Of a stretch of DNA of 64,000 nucleotides, positions 63,454 through 64,000 are shown in pieces. A model generated the notes under the pieces. That model was given only the letters and a program-made list of their open reading frames with translations. It had not been told where the DNA came from and searched no databases. Numbering within the stretch: the first letter of the stretch is position 1; every line of letters begins with the position of its first letter. Where the stretch lies: contig OZ316894.1 of NCBI GenBank assembly GCA_973895155.1, forward strand, positions 23,000,709 through 23,064,708, read 5' to 3'. Source of the DNA: Marsupella aquatica (taxonomy: Eukaryota; Plantae; Marchantiophyta). A program made the translations under genes and the position numbers.

Positions 63454-64000
63454 GGTAAGGGCTTAGAAAGTTGTCTGGCCCAGTTGGTACCTCCTAGCTC
63501 TTAGGTTTACTACTAGTCCGCAATCCCTAGTGTCTTCGGAGGTCCTTGAGAAGACTTGGGAATCCTGAGGGAGATCACACAACTTGTGTGTGGGAGACAG
63601 AGCTCTTCAAAGGAATATTTTACTGAAAAAGGAAACATCACAAACTATGCTATAGTTGCACAAATCTCTAATTGCAGCTTCGGCGATTCTTCACTCGCAA
63701 CTTCCCAGCCTCTGAAATTGGATCGACACACTCATCAAACAGTCGATGAGAATTTGCGGCAATGTTGACAATAGGGCATACCTACCTACTTAACGTAGAA
63801 ACTCATTTTCAAAGCATGGTGTGAGCTGTATTCGGATTATCCAATTGTGAAATTGCATCTTTCTCACCAAATCTCAATCCTGCCGTCAGTTGGCAGTAGG
63901 GCAGGCACCACATTTTCACCCGATGCAATGTCAGTAACTCAGCAGGTGCAGTACGTAGGTAAGCAATGCAATCTCCCACTCGTTGATGCCCACAACAAGA

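Overview
Eukaryotic plant DNA; a non-seed plant such as a liverwort or other bryophyte is plausible, but that is inference. About 75% of the window is nested transposons, followed by a tandem pair of ankyrin-repeat/PGG transmembrane genes. Main structure: a 41-kb CACTA (En/Spm) element at 8344-49369. Its ends are supported by TIRs, a 3-bp TSD, and an empty paralogous site in the same window (~62265-62830). Removing nested insertions leaves a ~15.5-kb core. Upstream of the TnpD/TnpA-like genes, this core carries three co-oriented intronless accessory genes: an unknown ORF, a tandem-BRCT gene and an F-box-like gene. Nested inside it are a full-length L1 LINE (17-bp TSD), an unclassified 4.36-kb insertion bounded only by a 6-bp direct repeat and encoding a ~1200-aa coiled-coil ORF, a solo LTR containing a second solo LTR, an orphan TIR scar, and an 8-kb Pack-CACTA carrying GUX/PGSIP and SUMO-protease gene fragments. 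To its left lie the 3' part of a related CACTA, two MITEs with 8-bp TSDs and a processed proteasome alpha-5 pseudogene. To its right lie two intact two-exon ANK-TM genes (935 and 984 aa) with partial paralog fragments, a SINE and a truncated LINE. All domain calls are from motif recognition by eye; no searches were run.
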